From: an uncultured virus (IMG/VR IMGVR_UViG_3300032893_000007)
Taxonomy: Duplodnaviria > Heunggongvirae > Uroviricota > Caudoviricetes
DNA length: 60,552 nucleotides
Strand: one strand, 5' to 3'
Virus record (IMG/VR): IMGVR_UViG_3300032893_000007
Shown here: positions 1 to 9,517 of the stretch, piece after piece
Position numbering within the stretch: the stretch's first letter is position 1
Layout of the letters: each line of letters opens with the position of its first letter
Notes under the pieces: generated by a model
What the model was told of the DNA's origin: nothing
The model's input: the letters and a program-made list of their open reading frames with translations, nothing else
Databases searched by the model: none
Translations under genes and position numbers: made by a program

Positions 1-38
1 GCGAAAATCTTCGGCCGTCGAGGAGCCCGACGTCAGGT

Positions 39-290
39 CTACTCCGATTCGACTTCCGGAACACACGTGATGGCCGAGACGTCGTCGAGGTTGATTCTCA
101 CGGGCAACCCAGTTTTCACGTCTTTGAAATCGCGAACCGGTCGCAAGGGATCCAGCGGGTTGCCGTCCTTGAATTGCTCGAAAAGCCACCGATAGTCCTC
201 CACCGAGAGCCACGCGTAGATGGTCTCGACGCCACCGCATTTCTTGTCGTTTCTACGGGCAAACACGAAATGGCCGCACACTATCTTCAT
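39..290 (-). CDS. hypothetical protein
   Basis: 83-aa ORF with ATG, AGGAG RBS, directly downstream of the promoter at ~346-385. Confidence 0.7.
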   Translation of the reverse strand: MKIVCGHFVFARRNDKKCGGVETIYAWLSVEDYRWLFEQFKDGNPLDPLRPVRDFKDVKTGLPVRINLDDVSAITCVPEVESE

Positions 291-345
291 GATCTCAATC
301 TCCTGTAGGCGCGAGCTTCTGACGAGTCAATCTCGGTCCTCCTTT

Positions 346-385
346 ACTTTTCTACCTTCTAAACAAGGTGTCAAGAATAAAAATC
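346..385 (-). promoter_or_regulatory. sigma70-like promoter, phage motif family
   Basis: Minus strand TTGACA (369-374) followed by ccttgttt; AT-rich upstream tract; weak -10. Confidence 0.55.
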
Positions 386-417
386 GGCAGATAAAATTTT
401 CACTATTTTTTGTGTTT

Positions 418-1503
418 TTAGCACCGCTTGCCGGTCTGCTGTTCGAACTCGGCGACCAGGAACTGGCGCTCCTTGCCGAGCCTCGCGAGCTCCTCGTCGA
501 TCTTCTTGATGGCCAGCACGGCGTCGCGGATCCGGTCGAGGCGCTCCGCGTTTCTCACGGAGCCGGGAACCCTGGCGGAGAGGTCGAGGAGCATGACGGC
601 AGTCTCCAGTGTGAGGGAGACCTCGACGACGCCTCCCACCGGGGGCGGGGAGGCGGCGGGACTCGGCGAGGTCTCGGTACCTGCCGCCGGGGTTTCGAGC
701 GCGTCTTTTACCGACCAGTGATTCTGCAGCCTCTCCCGGATGGTCTCGGCGGGGAGGTGCTTGACGAGCGCCCACTCGTCGACGGTGAGCCTTCTGCCCT
801 CGTGGGCGATGCGCGGCGACCGGGGGTGCGCGGAGGTCACGCGCCGGGGGCGGTTATCAGTGACGGTGACGCCCTCCGCTCGGGCGACGGGGGAGGATTT
901 CGGCGCCGGGGGTGACAGGACCTTGTCCATTGGCCACCCGGCCTGCACGCGCCAGATGATGGTCGTCGGTGAGATCCCGGTCAGGGCGGCCCACTCGCGG
1001 ACCGTCTTGGTTACACCGTCGTGCGAGAGGATCATGCCCTCTTCCCTCGACGACGCGCGTCCCGGGTGAAGGGGTTCAAGCACCTCCTCGGGTGGCAGGC
1101 CCTTGGCGAGCCTCGCGTAGATCGTGGCTTCCGAGAGGCCGAGATCTTTGGACCATTCGGCTGGGCCCTGGGTCCTGCCGAGGTGGGTGATCTGGTATCT
1201 GGTGCCGGGCGGGGAGGAGACGGTCTCCGGCGACTCGGACGGAGACTTTTCGACGGCGGAGATGGGAGTCACGGTCCGAGGCTCCGGGGGGTGATCGTCG
1301 GGGACGGGGGGAAGATTGGCGCTGCTCGCGTCCTCGGCTATGGTCTCGGGGAGGATTTCAAGTTCGTGGTCGTCGAGCTCATCTTCGTCGGACGTGGTCG
1401 GTCCGGAGTCGACGTCTTCGGCTTCGTCTTCGGTCTCGGCTTCGTCGTCCGGGTCTACGACCTCCGTGCCGCAGGTGAAGCTCTTATTTCGGTCGCCCGT
1501 CAT
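418..1503 (-). CDS. acidic N-terminus protein with three repeated HTH-like DNA-binding modules
   Basis: Three copies of (I/L)xHxGxxxxxxEW...(G/H)(L/I)xxxTIxxR(L/V)xx(G/H)(W/L), resembling the DNA-binding tail of phage HNH endonucleases; no nuclease motif; C-terminal coiled coil. Confidence 0.7.
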   Translation of the reverse strand: MTGDRNKSFTCGTEVVDPDDEAETEDEAEDVDSGPTTSDEDELDDHELEILPETIAEDASSANLPPVPDDHPPEPRTVTPISAVEKSPSESPETVSSPPGTRYQITHLGRTQGPAEWSKDLGLSEATIYARLAKGLPPEEVLEPLHPGRASSREEGMILSHDGVTKTVREWAALTGISPTTIIWRVQAGWPMDKVLSPPAPKSSPVARAEGVTVTDNRPRRVTSAHPRSPRIAHEGRRLTVDEWALVKHLPAETIRERLQNHWSVKDALETPAAGTETSPSPAASPPPVGGVVEVSLTLETAVMLLDLSARVPGSVRNAERLDRIRDAVLAIKKIDEELARLGKERQFLVAEFEQQTGKRC

Positions 1504-1768
1504 CGTCGGTAAATCTCCCCGGGACTCGTTCGGTGAGCACGCGGATCTGGTCGGCGTCTAGCACCGAGCAGACGGCGTCGAGGAACTTCCACAGAAGCTC
1601 GACGTCGAGCTTCTCGCAGATCGCGTCGAGGGTTGGCTCGGGACTCCCCCCGCATCCGTCGCACAGCGGCTTTCCGTCGTGGACAGGGTTCGAGGGGTAG
1701 CCCTCCGGGACCGCGTAGCGGTTCGTGCCATCGACGATCTTCTTGCAGTTGCAGCATTCGAAGCTCAC
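1484..1768 (-). CDS. small Zn-finger protein
   Basis: CCNC...CDGC; GTG start overlaps upstream stop. Confidence 0.55.
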   Translation of the reverse strand: MSFECCNCKKIVDGTNRYAVPEGYPSNPVHDGKPLCDGCGGSPEPTLDAICEKLDVELLWKFLDAVCSVLDADQIRVLTERVPGRFTDDDGRPK

Positions 1769-2502
1769 TTCGTCTTCCTCCCGTGAAGCTGCGACTCCAG
1801 CTCCCTGATGCGCACCTCGAGCGCTGTCTCGCGCGCCCTGTGGGTCTTGTTGGCCTGCCAGAAAGCCTTCTCCCACCCGACCTCCTTCGTGGGGTTCTCG
1901 GACAGCACGAAGTCGAGCTTGTCGAAGATCTCATCGACGGAGAGTCCGTCGTGCTCGACGCCCAGGGGCCGGCCCTCGATCACCCCGCAGACGTCGCGCA
2001 GCAGGTGGGCGGCGAGGCGACGATGGGGAGAATTTCCGACGATGAGCACGTATCGCCAGGGCAGGTTATCCACGATCTTGCAGGCAACCTTCCAGTAAAG
2101 CTTCGCGACGGTATCGACGAAAGATCCTGAGAACTTCAGGGCCTCAAGATAGCTCCACAGATCAGGATACTCGAGGAGGTCATCGTCGTGTACGGACAGG
2201 TGTTCGAACGTGCTCGCCAGCCGGAGCATGTCGCCGTAGTTGGCCGGGTCTGACGATGCCAGAAGCTTGGCGACGAACCACGACTGCAGGTTCTGCGGAA
2301 AAGTTTTCGGTAGCTCATCGGCTGCGGGAGATCGGGAACCCAAGAGCCCGCGCCTGCGGAGCTCGGTCTCTACCTCGTCCATCCTCTCGACCATCCACTC
2401 GCCCGGCAAACCTCCTCCTTCGTGCCGCTCGCTAAACGAGTGACTGAGCTCGGTCAGCTCCGAGGTGAGCTCGTCGACCGCCATGGTCGTCACGTCTTTC
2501 AT
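1765..2502 (-). CDS. hypothetical protein
   Basis: 245-aa ORF, translationally coupled on both sides. Confidence 0.7.
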   Translation of the reverse strand: MKDVTTMAVDELTSELTELSHSFSERHEGGGLPGEWMVERMDEVETELRRRGLLGSRSPAADELPKTFPQNLQSWFVAKLLASSDPANYGDMLRLASTFEHLSVHDDDLLEYPDLWSYLEALKFSGSFVDTVAKLYWKVACKIVDNLPWRYVLIVGNSPHRRLAAHLLRDVCGVIEGRPLGVEHDGLSVDEIFDKLDFVLSENPTKEVGWEKAFWQANKTHRARETALEVRIRELESQLHGRKTK

Positions 2503-3101
2503 GGCTTCACTCGCTTCTTCACGAGCTCGAGCTGTGCCTCGTAGACCTCCTTGTGGGCTTCCATCGAGATCGCCTCGGCCAGCATCCAGTTCTCCATGAC
2601 CTCGGCTGCCTCCTCGATCTTCTTGCGCAGCTCCGGCATCCCGACGTCGCGGGCGTGCACGAGATCCTTCTTGTAACCGTCCATGCTCCGGCCGTCGTGG
2701 ACCGCGAGGGCCTTGGCCTCGTCTCCCGGTCCGGGCTCCCCGAGCATGAGCCGTCCCGCGATGGCGGAGATCTGCCTCGTAGCGTCCGCGATGATCGTCC
2801 TCTGCTCGGCGATCTTGCCGACGATGACGGCGGTCGCCGCCGGCTCAGGCACGCAGCGCTCCGCGAAGTCGCGAAAGTGGATGCGCGTGACGTGGTGGCC
2901 TCTCCCCGACTCCGAGGGTCCTATGAGCTTGGCGTAGTTCGAGCCGACCCTGGTCACGCAGCCGAGCCAGCGGATCTCGTCCGCATCTCCCACCCAGTAC
3001 CACTCCCCGACGCTCGGAAGGCGGTCGGCCGCGCATGGTCTCCCGCTCGGACCGGCAGCGTCCTCGACGAGCCCGCGCTCGGCGTCCTTCTCGCTGGTCA
3101 C
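2499..3101 (-). CDS. hypothetical coiled-coil protein
   Basis: 200-aa ORF, coupled overlaps. Confidence 0.7.
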   Translation of the reverse strand: MTSEKDAERGLVEDAAGPSGRPCAADRLPSVGEWYWVGDADEIRWLGCVTRVGSNYAKLIGPSESGRGHHVTRIHFRDFAERCVPEPAATAVIVGKIAEQRTIIADATRQISAIAGRLMLGEPGPGDEAKALAVHDGRSMDGYKKDLVHARDVGMPELRKKIEEAAEVMENWMLAEAISMEAHKEVYEAQLELVKKRVKP

Positions 3102-3457
3102 CGTTGACCTCGCACTCGCCGAGTCCTCGGGTGTTTCTTCTTGGGGAGACTGATCGCCTTGACGTGCGTGCCGAGAAAATTGGGAAAGTGGAAGGTTGAT
3201 GGTACTCGGAGCCGGAGGATCTCGTAGGCGTCTACGAGCTCGAGGTAGCCGGCACCGCGGGCGTCGTAGTCGCTCCTGATCGCCTCGCCTCGCCGAGGTT
3301 TGAACACGATCTCGGTCCGATATTCGAGTCCTAGCCGCCGGCAGAGCGGGAGGAGAACCTCCTTCCGGTACCGGGCCGCGATCTCGTCGACTTTCGTCTT
3401 GACGTTCTTATCCAACGTGGCGAGTTGATCTAAGATTTCGGCTAGGTTCATGGTCAT
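3098..3457 (-). CDS. hypothetical protein
   Basis: 119-aa ORF, ATGA overlap. Confidence 0.65.
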   Translation of the reverse strand: MTMNLAEILDQLATLDKNVKTKVDEIAARYRKEVLLPLCRRLGLEYRTEIVFKPRRGEAIRSDYDARGAGYLELVDAYEILRLRVPSTFHFPNFLGTHVKAISLPKKKHPRTRRVRGQR

Positions 3458-4386
3458 GCGGTTTTCTCCTGAGGAGCGTCAGCTAGCTCTACCGAAGGTT
3501 CGCCTCGATCGCCGGGAGCGGGTCGGGGCAGCTCGACGCCCGCCTTCCGGGCCAGGATGTCGATGGTCGTCCCGAGGCTCGTCGCCTTGCAAGCCAGGCG
3601 CTTGAGGAGAGACTCTCGCCTCTGGAGGACGGGCTTCTTGGCCCTCTGGATCTTCTTGTGCTCGTCCACCCGAGCCGAGGCGAGCGACGCGGCCTCCGTG
3701 TAAGGGAGGAGCCTCTGGTGCTCGCCGGCGATCGACCTCTCAATATCTTCGAGCGCGAGCTGACAAGTCGTCTGGTCGTCGCGAGCTGCCGCGAGCTCGT
3801 CCTCGAGGAGACGCACGCGTTCGGCCTTCTCGCGGAGGCGTATTTCACCCAGGGCACGACACTCTTCGAGCGTGCTCCTTCGCTTTGACTCTTCGTCGAA
3901 CTTCCTCTTTGCCCGGTCGAGCTCGGCAGCGAGCTCCGCCTTCGCGCCCGCGAAGGCCGCATCGATCTCGGCGATCTCACCATCCATCGTGGCGAGCCTC
4001 TCGAAGCCGGGGCGGAACTGGTCGACTCTCGAGGCAGGGGACTCCGCCTCTTGCGGTACCGGCACCTCCGCGACGTCGGAAGCGCTCGTCCGGACTGAGG
4101 AGGGACCCGGGACCTCGGACGCCGGCTCCCGGTAGAAGAGCCTGCCCTTGCCGTCCATCACCACGCGGCGGCCCTCCTTCTCGACGAACCTCCTCCTGGC
4201 GCAGGGACAGAGGACCTTGCGTCGCCGGTCGCCGCCGGCGTGGAACCGGAGCTCGCCGCGTCCGTCGCATCTCGGGCAGTTCGGCTTGGCGCACGCGATG
4301 ACGTCGGCGTCGGGGACCGGGGTGTCGCGGACCTGGTCGGCCCAAGGACTGCTCGGGACTGTGTTGGTCGCGGAGGGATCGGTCAT
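3454..4386 (-). CDS. Zn-finger plus coiled-coil protein
   Basis: CPRCDGRG (DnaJ-type repeat)...CPC, followed by a long heptad region. Confidence 0.7.
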   Translation of the reverse strand: MTDPSATNTVPSSPWADQVRDTPVPDADVIACAKPNCPRCDGRGELRFHAGGDRRRKVLCPCARRRFVEKEGRRVVMDGKGRLFYREPASEVPGPSSVRTSASDVAEVPVPQEAESPASRVDQFRPGFERLATMDGEIAEIDAAFAGAKAELAAELDRAKRKFDEESKRRSTLEECRALGEIRLREKAERVRLLEDELAAARDDQTTCQLALEDIERSIAGEHQRLLPYTEAASLASARVDEHKKIQRAKKPVLQRRESLLKRLACKATSLGTTIDILARKAGVELPRPAPGDRGEPSVELADAPQEKTA

Positions 4387-4922
4387 GGTCTCTGCTCCTT
4401 GGTGTAACTTGAGACTGCGTCGCAGTCGGTGGTGGTGAAGGTCGCGAGGACAACCGTGAATCCTCCCGCGCGCTCGTAGAAGAGTGTGGTCCTAGGTCCC
4501 ACGACGGCCTGAACACTTCCCCGCGCGAGGTGGGAGCGGTCGGAGGCGTCTTGCTGGTCGCGCACTGGACGAAAACCGCTCGTCTCCAAGATCTTCGCGA
4601 CCGCAAGGATCTTGTCGGGGAGCTCGGCGTCGGCCCTGTGGGGACGCAGGAGCGGTCGAGTCCCGGCCGCGCAGGGGATGCGCGTCCCGCGGAAGCCGTC
4701 CTCGCGCGCGACCACCCGGTCGTGCGCGAACAGCTCACCGCCTACCGTCGGCACGCGCACGCGGCCGCAGGCTGGGCAGGTCGCGAGCGCGACGCCGAGG
4801 CGGGCAGCGCAGGCCTCGCAGAGCCTCGGGCAGCCGGCGGGGTAGAGCGCGGCGTGCGCCCGGGCGACGTCAGCTGCCGCGCGTCCTGCCAGGACCACGA
4901 GATCTTCGCCGGCGGAGCTCAC
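4383..4922 (-). CDS. Zn-ribbon protein
   Basis: CPRLCEAC and CPAC motifs; coupled overlaps. Confidence 0.6.
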   Translation of the reverse strand: MSSAGEDLVVLAGRAAADVARAHAALYPAGCPRLCEACAARLGVALATCPACGRVRVPTVGGELFAHDRVVAREDGFRGTRIPCAAGTRPLLRPHRADAELPDKILAVAKILETSGFRPVRDQQDASDRSHLARGSVQAVVGPRTTLFYERAGGFTVVLATFTTTDCDAVSSYTKEQRP

Positions 4923-5752
4923 GTCATACTCCCCGAGGTCAGCTTGAGTAGATCGCCGAGGAGGCAGTCGAGTATGTCCTCGTCTCTACCAACGGCGGCC
5001 TGGACGTCGGGCTCGCAGAACGCGACGGTGGTCCAGGGGATACTCCTGGCGAGGTTTCTCCACCGGGGTCCATCGCCGGGGTTGAGCAGGACGATCCAGG
5101 GGCAGCCGAACAGGGCGTCCCTCTCGAGGCGGGCGCGCAGGTCTTTTTTCCGGCAGACGAGGTTGCAGCGTGAGATGTCGCATTCGATCGGAGAGCACAA
5201 CGCCCCGCCGGCCGACAGGCTCGGGAAGATCTTCTTCCAGGCGAGCGCTTCGAACAGCCGGTCGCGATCTTCCTCCGACGGTCCCGACTCGAAAGAATTA
5301 GTCCCGCGCGCGGCCTCGCTGAGGTCGTACCGATAGACTGCCCCCGTCGGGCCCGACTCCAAGATCGCGCGGAGATTGACCGTCCTGGCCAGGAGGATCC
5401 CGGTCAGGAAGCTCGTCTTCGAGGGAACGACCACGACCTCACCGGGCGAGCGGGGCACCCTCATCACCTTGCGCCTCGCTCCCGCAACCTGATTGAGCAT
5501 CACGTCGAGCAGCCTCCACGAGGCTTCTCCGAACCTCGTCCGCTCGCAGGCGTCAGGAAATCTTCCCTCGAGGATGCTGCAGCAGCTGGCCGCCGCGGCA
5601 ACCATCCTCACCGGCTGATACGCCCACACGTCCTGGAGCATGTCGTCGAAGGTGCCCTCGTAACCTTTCGGGACCCGGCTGTCGAGCGCCTCCAGGAGAG
5701 GTACCAGCTCTTGGCCGGTAGCCGTCAACACGCCAACCTCTTCATGGTTCAT
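4919..5752 (-). CDS. hypothetical protein
   Basis: 277-aa ORF with GGAGG RBS. Confidence 0.7.
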   Translation of the reverse strand: MNHEEVGVLTATGQELVPLLEALDSRVPKGYEGTFDDMLQDVWAYQPVRMVAAAASCCSILEGRFPDACERTRFGEASWRLLDVMLNQVAGARRKVMRVPRSPGEVVVVPSKTSFLTGILLARTVNLRAILESGPTGAVYRYDLSEAARGTNSFESGPSEEDRDRLFEALAWKKIFPSLSAGGALCSPIECDISRCNLVCRKKDLRARLERDALFGCPWIVLLNPGDGPRWRNLARSIPWTTVAFCEPDVQAAVGRDEDILDCLLGDLLKLTSGSMT

Positions 5753-5785
5753 CTCGATTTCCTCCGGATGAGTCAGGAGACTTGA

Positions 5786-6031
5786 TCACACCTTCGAGAT
5801 CGCGGCGAGCCCCTTCGGCGTGAGGTGCATGGGACCGTCCCAGTCTCCGGGGACGTCGAAGGTGGCGAAGCCAAACTTGGCGATGCGCTGCTTGGTCGGC
5901 CGACCGACGGTGCCTCCCGACAGGTCGTACGTGTCGAGGGTCGCGCCGTTCGACAGCATCGTGAGGGCGACCTTCATCTTCGGCGTCAGGGGGTTCTTCG
6001 GTGTCAGGATGTACTTCGAGCACGATTTCAT
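5786..6031 (-). CDS. small basic protein, possible winged helix
   Basis: ATG at 6031 with GGAG RBS; ends LTPKG, typical of a wHTH wing. Confidence 0.55.
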   Translation of the reverse strand: MKSCSKYILTPKNPLTPKMKVALTMLSNGATLDTYDLSGGTVGRPTKQRIAKFGFATFDVPGDWDGPMHLTPKGLAAISKV

Positions 6032-6042
6032 GAAGTTTCTCC

Positions 6043-6060
6043 CATGCCTATCCGGTTGAC
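6043..6060. mobile_element. solitary terminal inverted-repeat end of a cassette element
   Basis: CATGCCTATCCGGTTGAC is identical to the left end of the 40022-40361 element and borders a lower-GC segment to ~6340; no partner end found. Confidence 0.7.
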
Positions 6061-6293
6061 GCCCATTTAGTTGGATCGATACCGTACCTGAGCAAATACG
6101 CCCGGCAAGCGTGACAACACCATGTAGGATCATCGGGCGAAATGATGCGACAAAGTTTGCCCGAACCGTTGCCAGTGCATGGTTGGTCAGCCAGCCACTC
6201 AACAAAATTCACAACAGCCTCGGGGTTGGCACACATTCGCTCAAACTCGTTTCGACGTAAATACTTTCCGTGCTGCAAAGCCCAGGAATCCAT
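6048..6293 (-). CDS. Cys-rich passenger protein of cassette remnant
   Basis: Lower-GC ORF (MDSWALQHG...CCHAC) whose TAG stop lies inside the IR. Confidence 0.55.
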   Translation of the reverse strand: MDSWALQHGKYLRRNEFERMCANPEAVVNFVEWLADQPCTGNGSGKLCRIISPDDPTWCCHACRAYLLRYGIDPTKWASTG

Positions 6294-6306
6294 GGCTTTT
6301 GCGCAT

Positions 6307-6813
6307 TCACGCGATGCCTTCCTTGAGGGCCGATAATTCAATCAAGACCTTGCAGCTCCGCTTGAGGTGGGCCGTCATGCTCCCCGCGGGACCTTTTTGG
6401 AGCTGCCGCATACCTTTCAGGTTCAACGGGGCGAAGAGGATCTCCACGATCAGTTCGGAGCCTTTCCAGCGTCGCTCTGCAGAAATCACGACATCGGTCT
6501 CTTCGAATACCTTCCTGGCGCTCGACTTGAACAGGAGCTCATCGCTCCAGGAGCAGACGACGAAGTCGTCCGAGGCGTGCATCCTGAGAACCTCGACACC
6601 CCAACTCTTCCACCGACTGAACACCCAGTAGGAACCAAGATCGATGACGTCGTAGCCGCTGCCGGGCAGCGCGCATAGTCGGACGCCAAGGTAGGCGTCG
6701 TATCCTCGCTTGGCGATGCTGTTCAATTTCCGCACGATGATTCGGCTGGTCTTCGCGGGAAGGGACGACAGAGTACGCGACGCCTCGGCGGAGTACTTGA
6801 CGAGATGATTCAT
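6307..6813 (-). CDS. RelE/ParE-fold-like N-terminal domain protein
   Basis: VKYSAEASRTLSSLP...IVRKLNSIA...LPGS...LGSYWV...VEVLRM fits the RelE pattern but lacks the usual YR catalytic residues. Confidence 0.5.
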   Translation of the reverse strand: MNHLVKYSAEASRTLSSLPAKTSRIIVRKLNSIAKRGYDAYLGVRLCALPGSGYDVIDLGSYWVFSRWKSWGVEVLRMHASDDFVVCSWSDELLFKSSARKVFEETDVVISAERRWKGSELIVEILFAPLNLKGMRQLQKGPAGSMTAHLKRSCKVLIELSALKEGIA

Positions 6814-7403
6814 GACGACCTTCCTGTCAGATCCAGGATGAGGGTGGTGACCCCGAGCTCGTCAGCGCACCGCTGGGCGGCCCATCCTAGTCCGGTGTAA
6901 TTCTCGCCGAGCGAGTCGAGCACGCAGAGGACGATCAGCTTCTCACTGCGCGTGTACGGGCGCACGCAGTCCGAGAGCCGAACCGACTCCGGGCCGCTGC
7001 GGCGCTCGACGTCGTCGTACTTCTCGGTCAGCGCGAGGCGGGCCGACTCGAAGAGCTTGGCCGACCACTCGACGTCGTCGTACTTCTCGGTCAGCGCGAG
7101 GCGGGCCGACTCGAAGAGCTTGGCCGACCACTCGGCTCGGCTCGCGTGGGGGTTGCAGGACTTGACCACGGCCAGGGCTACGTCGAGCAGGGAGCGCACG
7201 GAGCGGATCATCTTCCCCATCGCCTCGAGCAGCTCGCTCGTGTCCCGGTCGGGGGCCTTCAGCCATCCGCGGCCGCGCAGCGAGATCCTGCTGGCGTGGC
7301 TCCGTTCGGCGTAGCGGAACAGCGTGAGGTCGTCGAGCTCCTGCAGGTACTCCTCGTAGCTCGGATCTTCAGTCGTCTTGACGGTGCGAGTGCTGGCGTC
7401 CAT
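6810..7403 (-). CDS. hypothetical protein with internal 21-aa duplication
   Basis: GGAGG RBS before MDAST; EWSAKLFESARLALTEKYDDV present twice. Confidence 0.65.
   Translation of the reverse strand: MDASTRTVKTTEDPSYEEYLQELDDLTLFRYAERSHASRISLRGRGWLKAPDRDTSELLEAMGKMIRSVRSLLDVALAVVKSCNPHASRAEWSAKLFESARLALTEKYDDVEWSAKLFESARLALTEKYDDVERRSGPESVRLSDCVRPYTRSEKLIVLCVLDSLGENYTGLGWAAQRCADELGVTTLILDLTGRSS
7005..7134. repeat. perfect 63-bp tandem duplication
   Basis: 7005-7067 equals 7068-7130; in frame. Confidence 0.95.
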
Positions 7404-7581
7404 CGTGCCTCCTCGGTTCAGATCCTGCGTATCAGCCACTACCAGGCCCCTCGTGGCTGGTTGTCCGCACCGTGGGTCGCGGCATCCGAGATCCGGGGCT
7501 CATCGCCTGGTGTTCCACCAAGATACTCCCGCACCTCGCGGCGCAGGACGGCTCCCCGCTCGGTTCTCGTCATCGTTGACG

Positions 7582-7622
7582 AGCATGGACCTCTCCGAAC
7601 CAAGTGTCAAGAATAAAAAATG
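7582..7622 (-). promoter_or_regulatory. sigma70-like promoter, phage motif family
   Basis: TTGACA(7605-7610)-cttggttcggagaggtc (17 bp)-CATGCT; T-tract upstream. Confidence 0.75.
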
Positions 7623-8653
7623 GAGGACAAGAATTCGGCGTTACCCACCGGCAGCGCTCAGGTGCTTCCAGCACACTCCGTACTCGCTGAGGTGTACGTA
7701 GGTGCGCAGATCGGGCATCGTCGCGACGAGCTCCTCGCGCCAGATGTAGTCCACGACCTCGGCCTCCACCCAGCCCGACGGGCGCCTGAACAAGATCTTC
7801 TCGCCGACGACCGGCGCAAGCAGGAGGTGTCCCTCTCGTTGGAACCAGGTGTGAAGCAGCCAGGACCCGAGCGCTCGCCTCGCTCGCATCCACCGTGAGG
7901 GTCTAAAGCTCGGGCGAATGTCGACCTGCAAAGTCACTTCTTCTCTCCTCTCTGGCGACGATTCCACTCGGCGACGGCGACGAGTCCGGACGTGTCCTCG
8001 ACCACCGTCCAGCAGCTCGGGCAGACGATCGTGTGTCTCCGAGGATTCCTGGGCTTGAAGTAGTGGGTCGGCAGACGATGGCAGGTGGAGCACTCTCGGA
8101 GCTTCCAGCCAGGTTCCCGTCGTTCAACTACGTTGATCGGATCTGGTTTCTTCACGACGCTTACCATAGTCCCTTTGCGCGTCCGATGCGGTAACCGAAA
8201 AAGAGCCCGATGGAGAAGGCGACGAGCAGACACAGCAGGAAAAAATGATCGACCTGATCGCAGATCGAGCGTTGTGCGATCCTGTACGCGCAGTACTCGC
8301 TTCTGGTCATGTGCTCGCCGTTCTGCAGGCACGCTTCGAAGTAGCTCGCGTACCGGACGGCTGCCCGTCGAGATACGCGTGCTCTGCACACGGCTCGACT
8401 AGTAATCCGGTCAAACCAGGCTCGCAGGACTCGGTCCTTCGTTTCCGACTTCGCGTCGCCTGCCAATCGTTCCACGGCCAGTCCAGGGGTTGTCCGAATT
8501 TGTCGGCAACTTCGCAACCATCTTCGTTCAGGTACGCGTTCGATTCCGGGTCGTAACGCCAACGCCTGGCGGACGCCGCTTTACGGTTGATCTCATTCTC
8601 TGGAGACAGATCTGAGTCGAACTGAGGTAGGTCAGTCTTCATCACGTAGATGG

Positions 8654-9517
8654 TCACGTCGCCTCCCGGTAGATGATACTCTCGCAGACGATCCCCCGCC
8701 GGTGTCCCTGGGAGTTGATCTTCCGGATGGCCGGGACGAGATCGCAGGTGAAGCCCAGTTTCCGGTAGAGCTCGAGGGTGTCCTCGTCGTCGGACTGGGA
8801 CACGACCACGTGGCAGCCCTCGTCGGCGAGCCTCCCCGCGTAGCGGGCGAGCCTCTCGTGGTCCGGCCTGTCGAACTTTCGGCTCGTGAAGGACGTGAAG
8901 TTTGCGGTCTTCGAACGGGGAGGGTAAGGCGGGTCCAGGTAGACCAGGGTGCCCGCCGGGTACTTTCGCCGCCGGGCGAAGTCGTCCGAGGTGATGGTGA
9001 CGGAGCCCTCGCGCAGGAGCTCCCCGCAGAGGCGGAGGTTCTCCTCGTCGAGCACGACGGCGGTCAGGTTCTGACCCCAGGGCACGTTGAACTTCCCCGA
9101 CTTGTTCACCCTGTGAAGGCCGTTGAAGCAGGTCTTGTTGAGGAAGATGAGGCGGGCGGCGACCTCCGTGACGTCCTGTCCTGGCTCGACGTCGTCGCGC
9201 ACGTCGTAGTAGGTCTTGGAAGGGTCTTTCCGGTATTTGTTTTCGAGCTCGCGCAGCAGGGAGACCACCGCCGGCGTAGCGTACTGCAGGGCCCGCCAGC
9301 AGGCGGCGAGGTCCGGGTTCGCGTCGTTGAGCACCGCGCGCAGCGGTCGCAGCCCGAAGTAGACCGCCCCGGACCCGACGAACGGCTCCGCGTAGAGGTC
9401 GCGCTCGCGGTCCCACGACTTCGGTACCCGGGCCAAGATCTCCGGCAGGAGCTGCGTCTTGCCTCCGGCCCACTTCACGAACGGCCGGGCCCTCTGCTCG
9501 ACCTTGGGACTCTTCAT
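8654..9517 (-). CDS. dam: DNA adenine methyltransferase, Dam/D12 class
   Basis: PFVKWAGGK, EPFVGSGAV, LND, FNGLHRVNKSGKFNVPWG, YLDPPY. Confidence 0.92.
   Translation of the reverse strand: MKSPKVEQRARPFVKWAGGKTQLLPEILARVPKSWDRERDLYAEPFVGSGAVYFGLRPLRAVLNDANPDLAACWRALQYATPAVVSLLRELENKYRKDPSKTYYDVRDDVEPGQDVTEVAARLIFLNKTCFNGLHRVNKSGKFNVPWGQNLTAVVLDEENLRLCGELLREGSVTITSDDFARRRKYPAGTLVYLDPPYPPRSKTANFTSFTSRKFDRPDHERLARYAGRLADEGCHVVVSQSDDEDTLELYRKLGFTCDLVPAIRKINSQGHRRGIVCESIIYREAT

Noticed and set aside
7005..7134. CRISPR-like array from the direct repeats here and at 38466
   Set aside because: Only two abutting copies each, no spacers, inside ORFs, and no cas genes.
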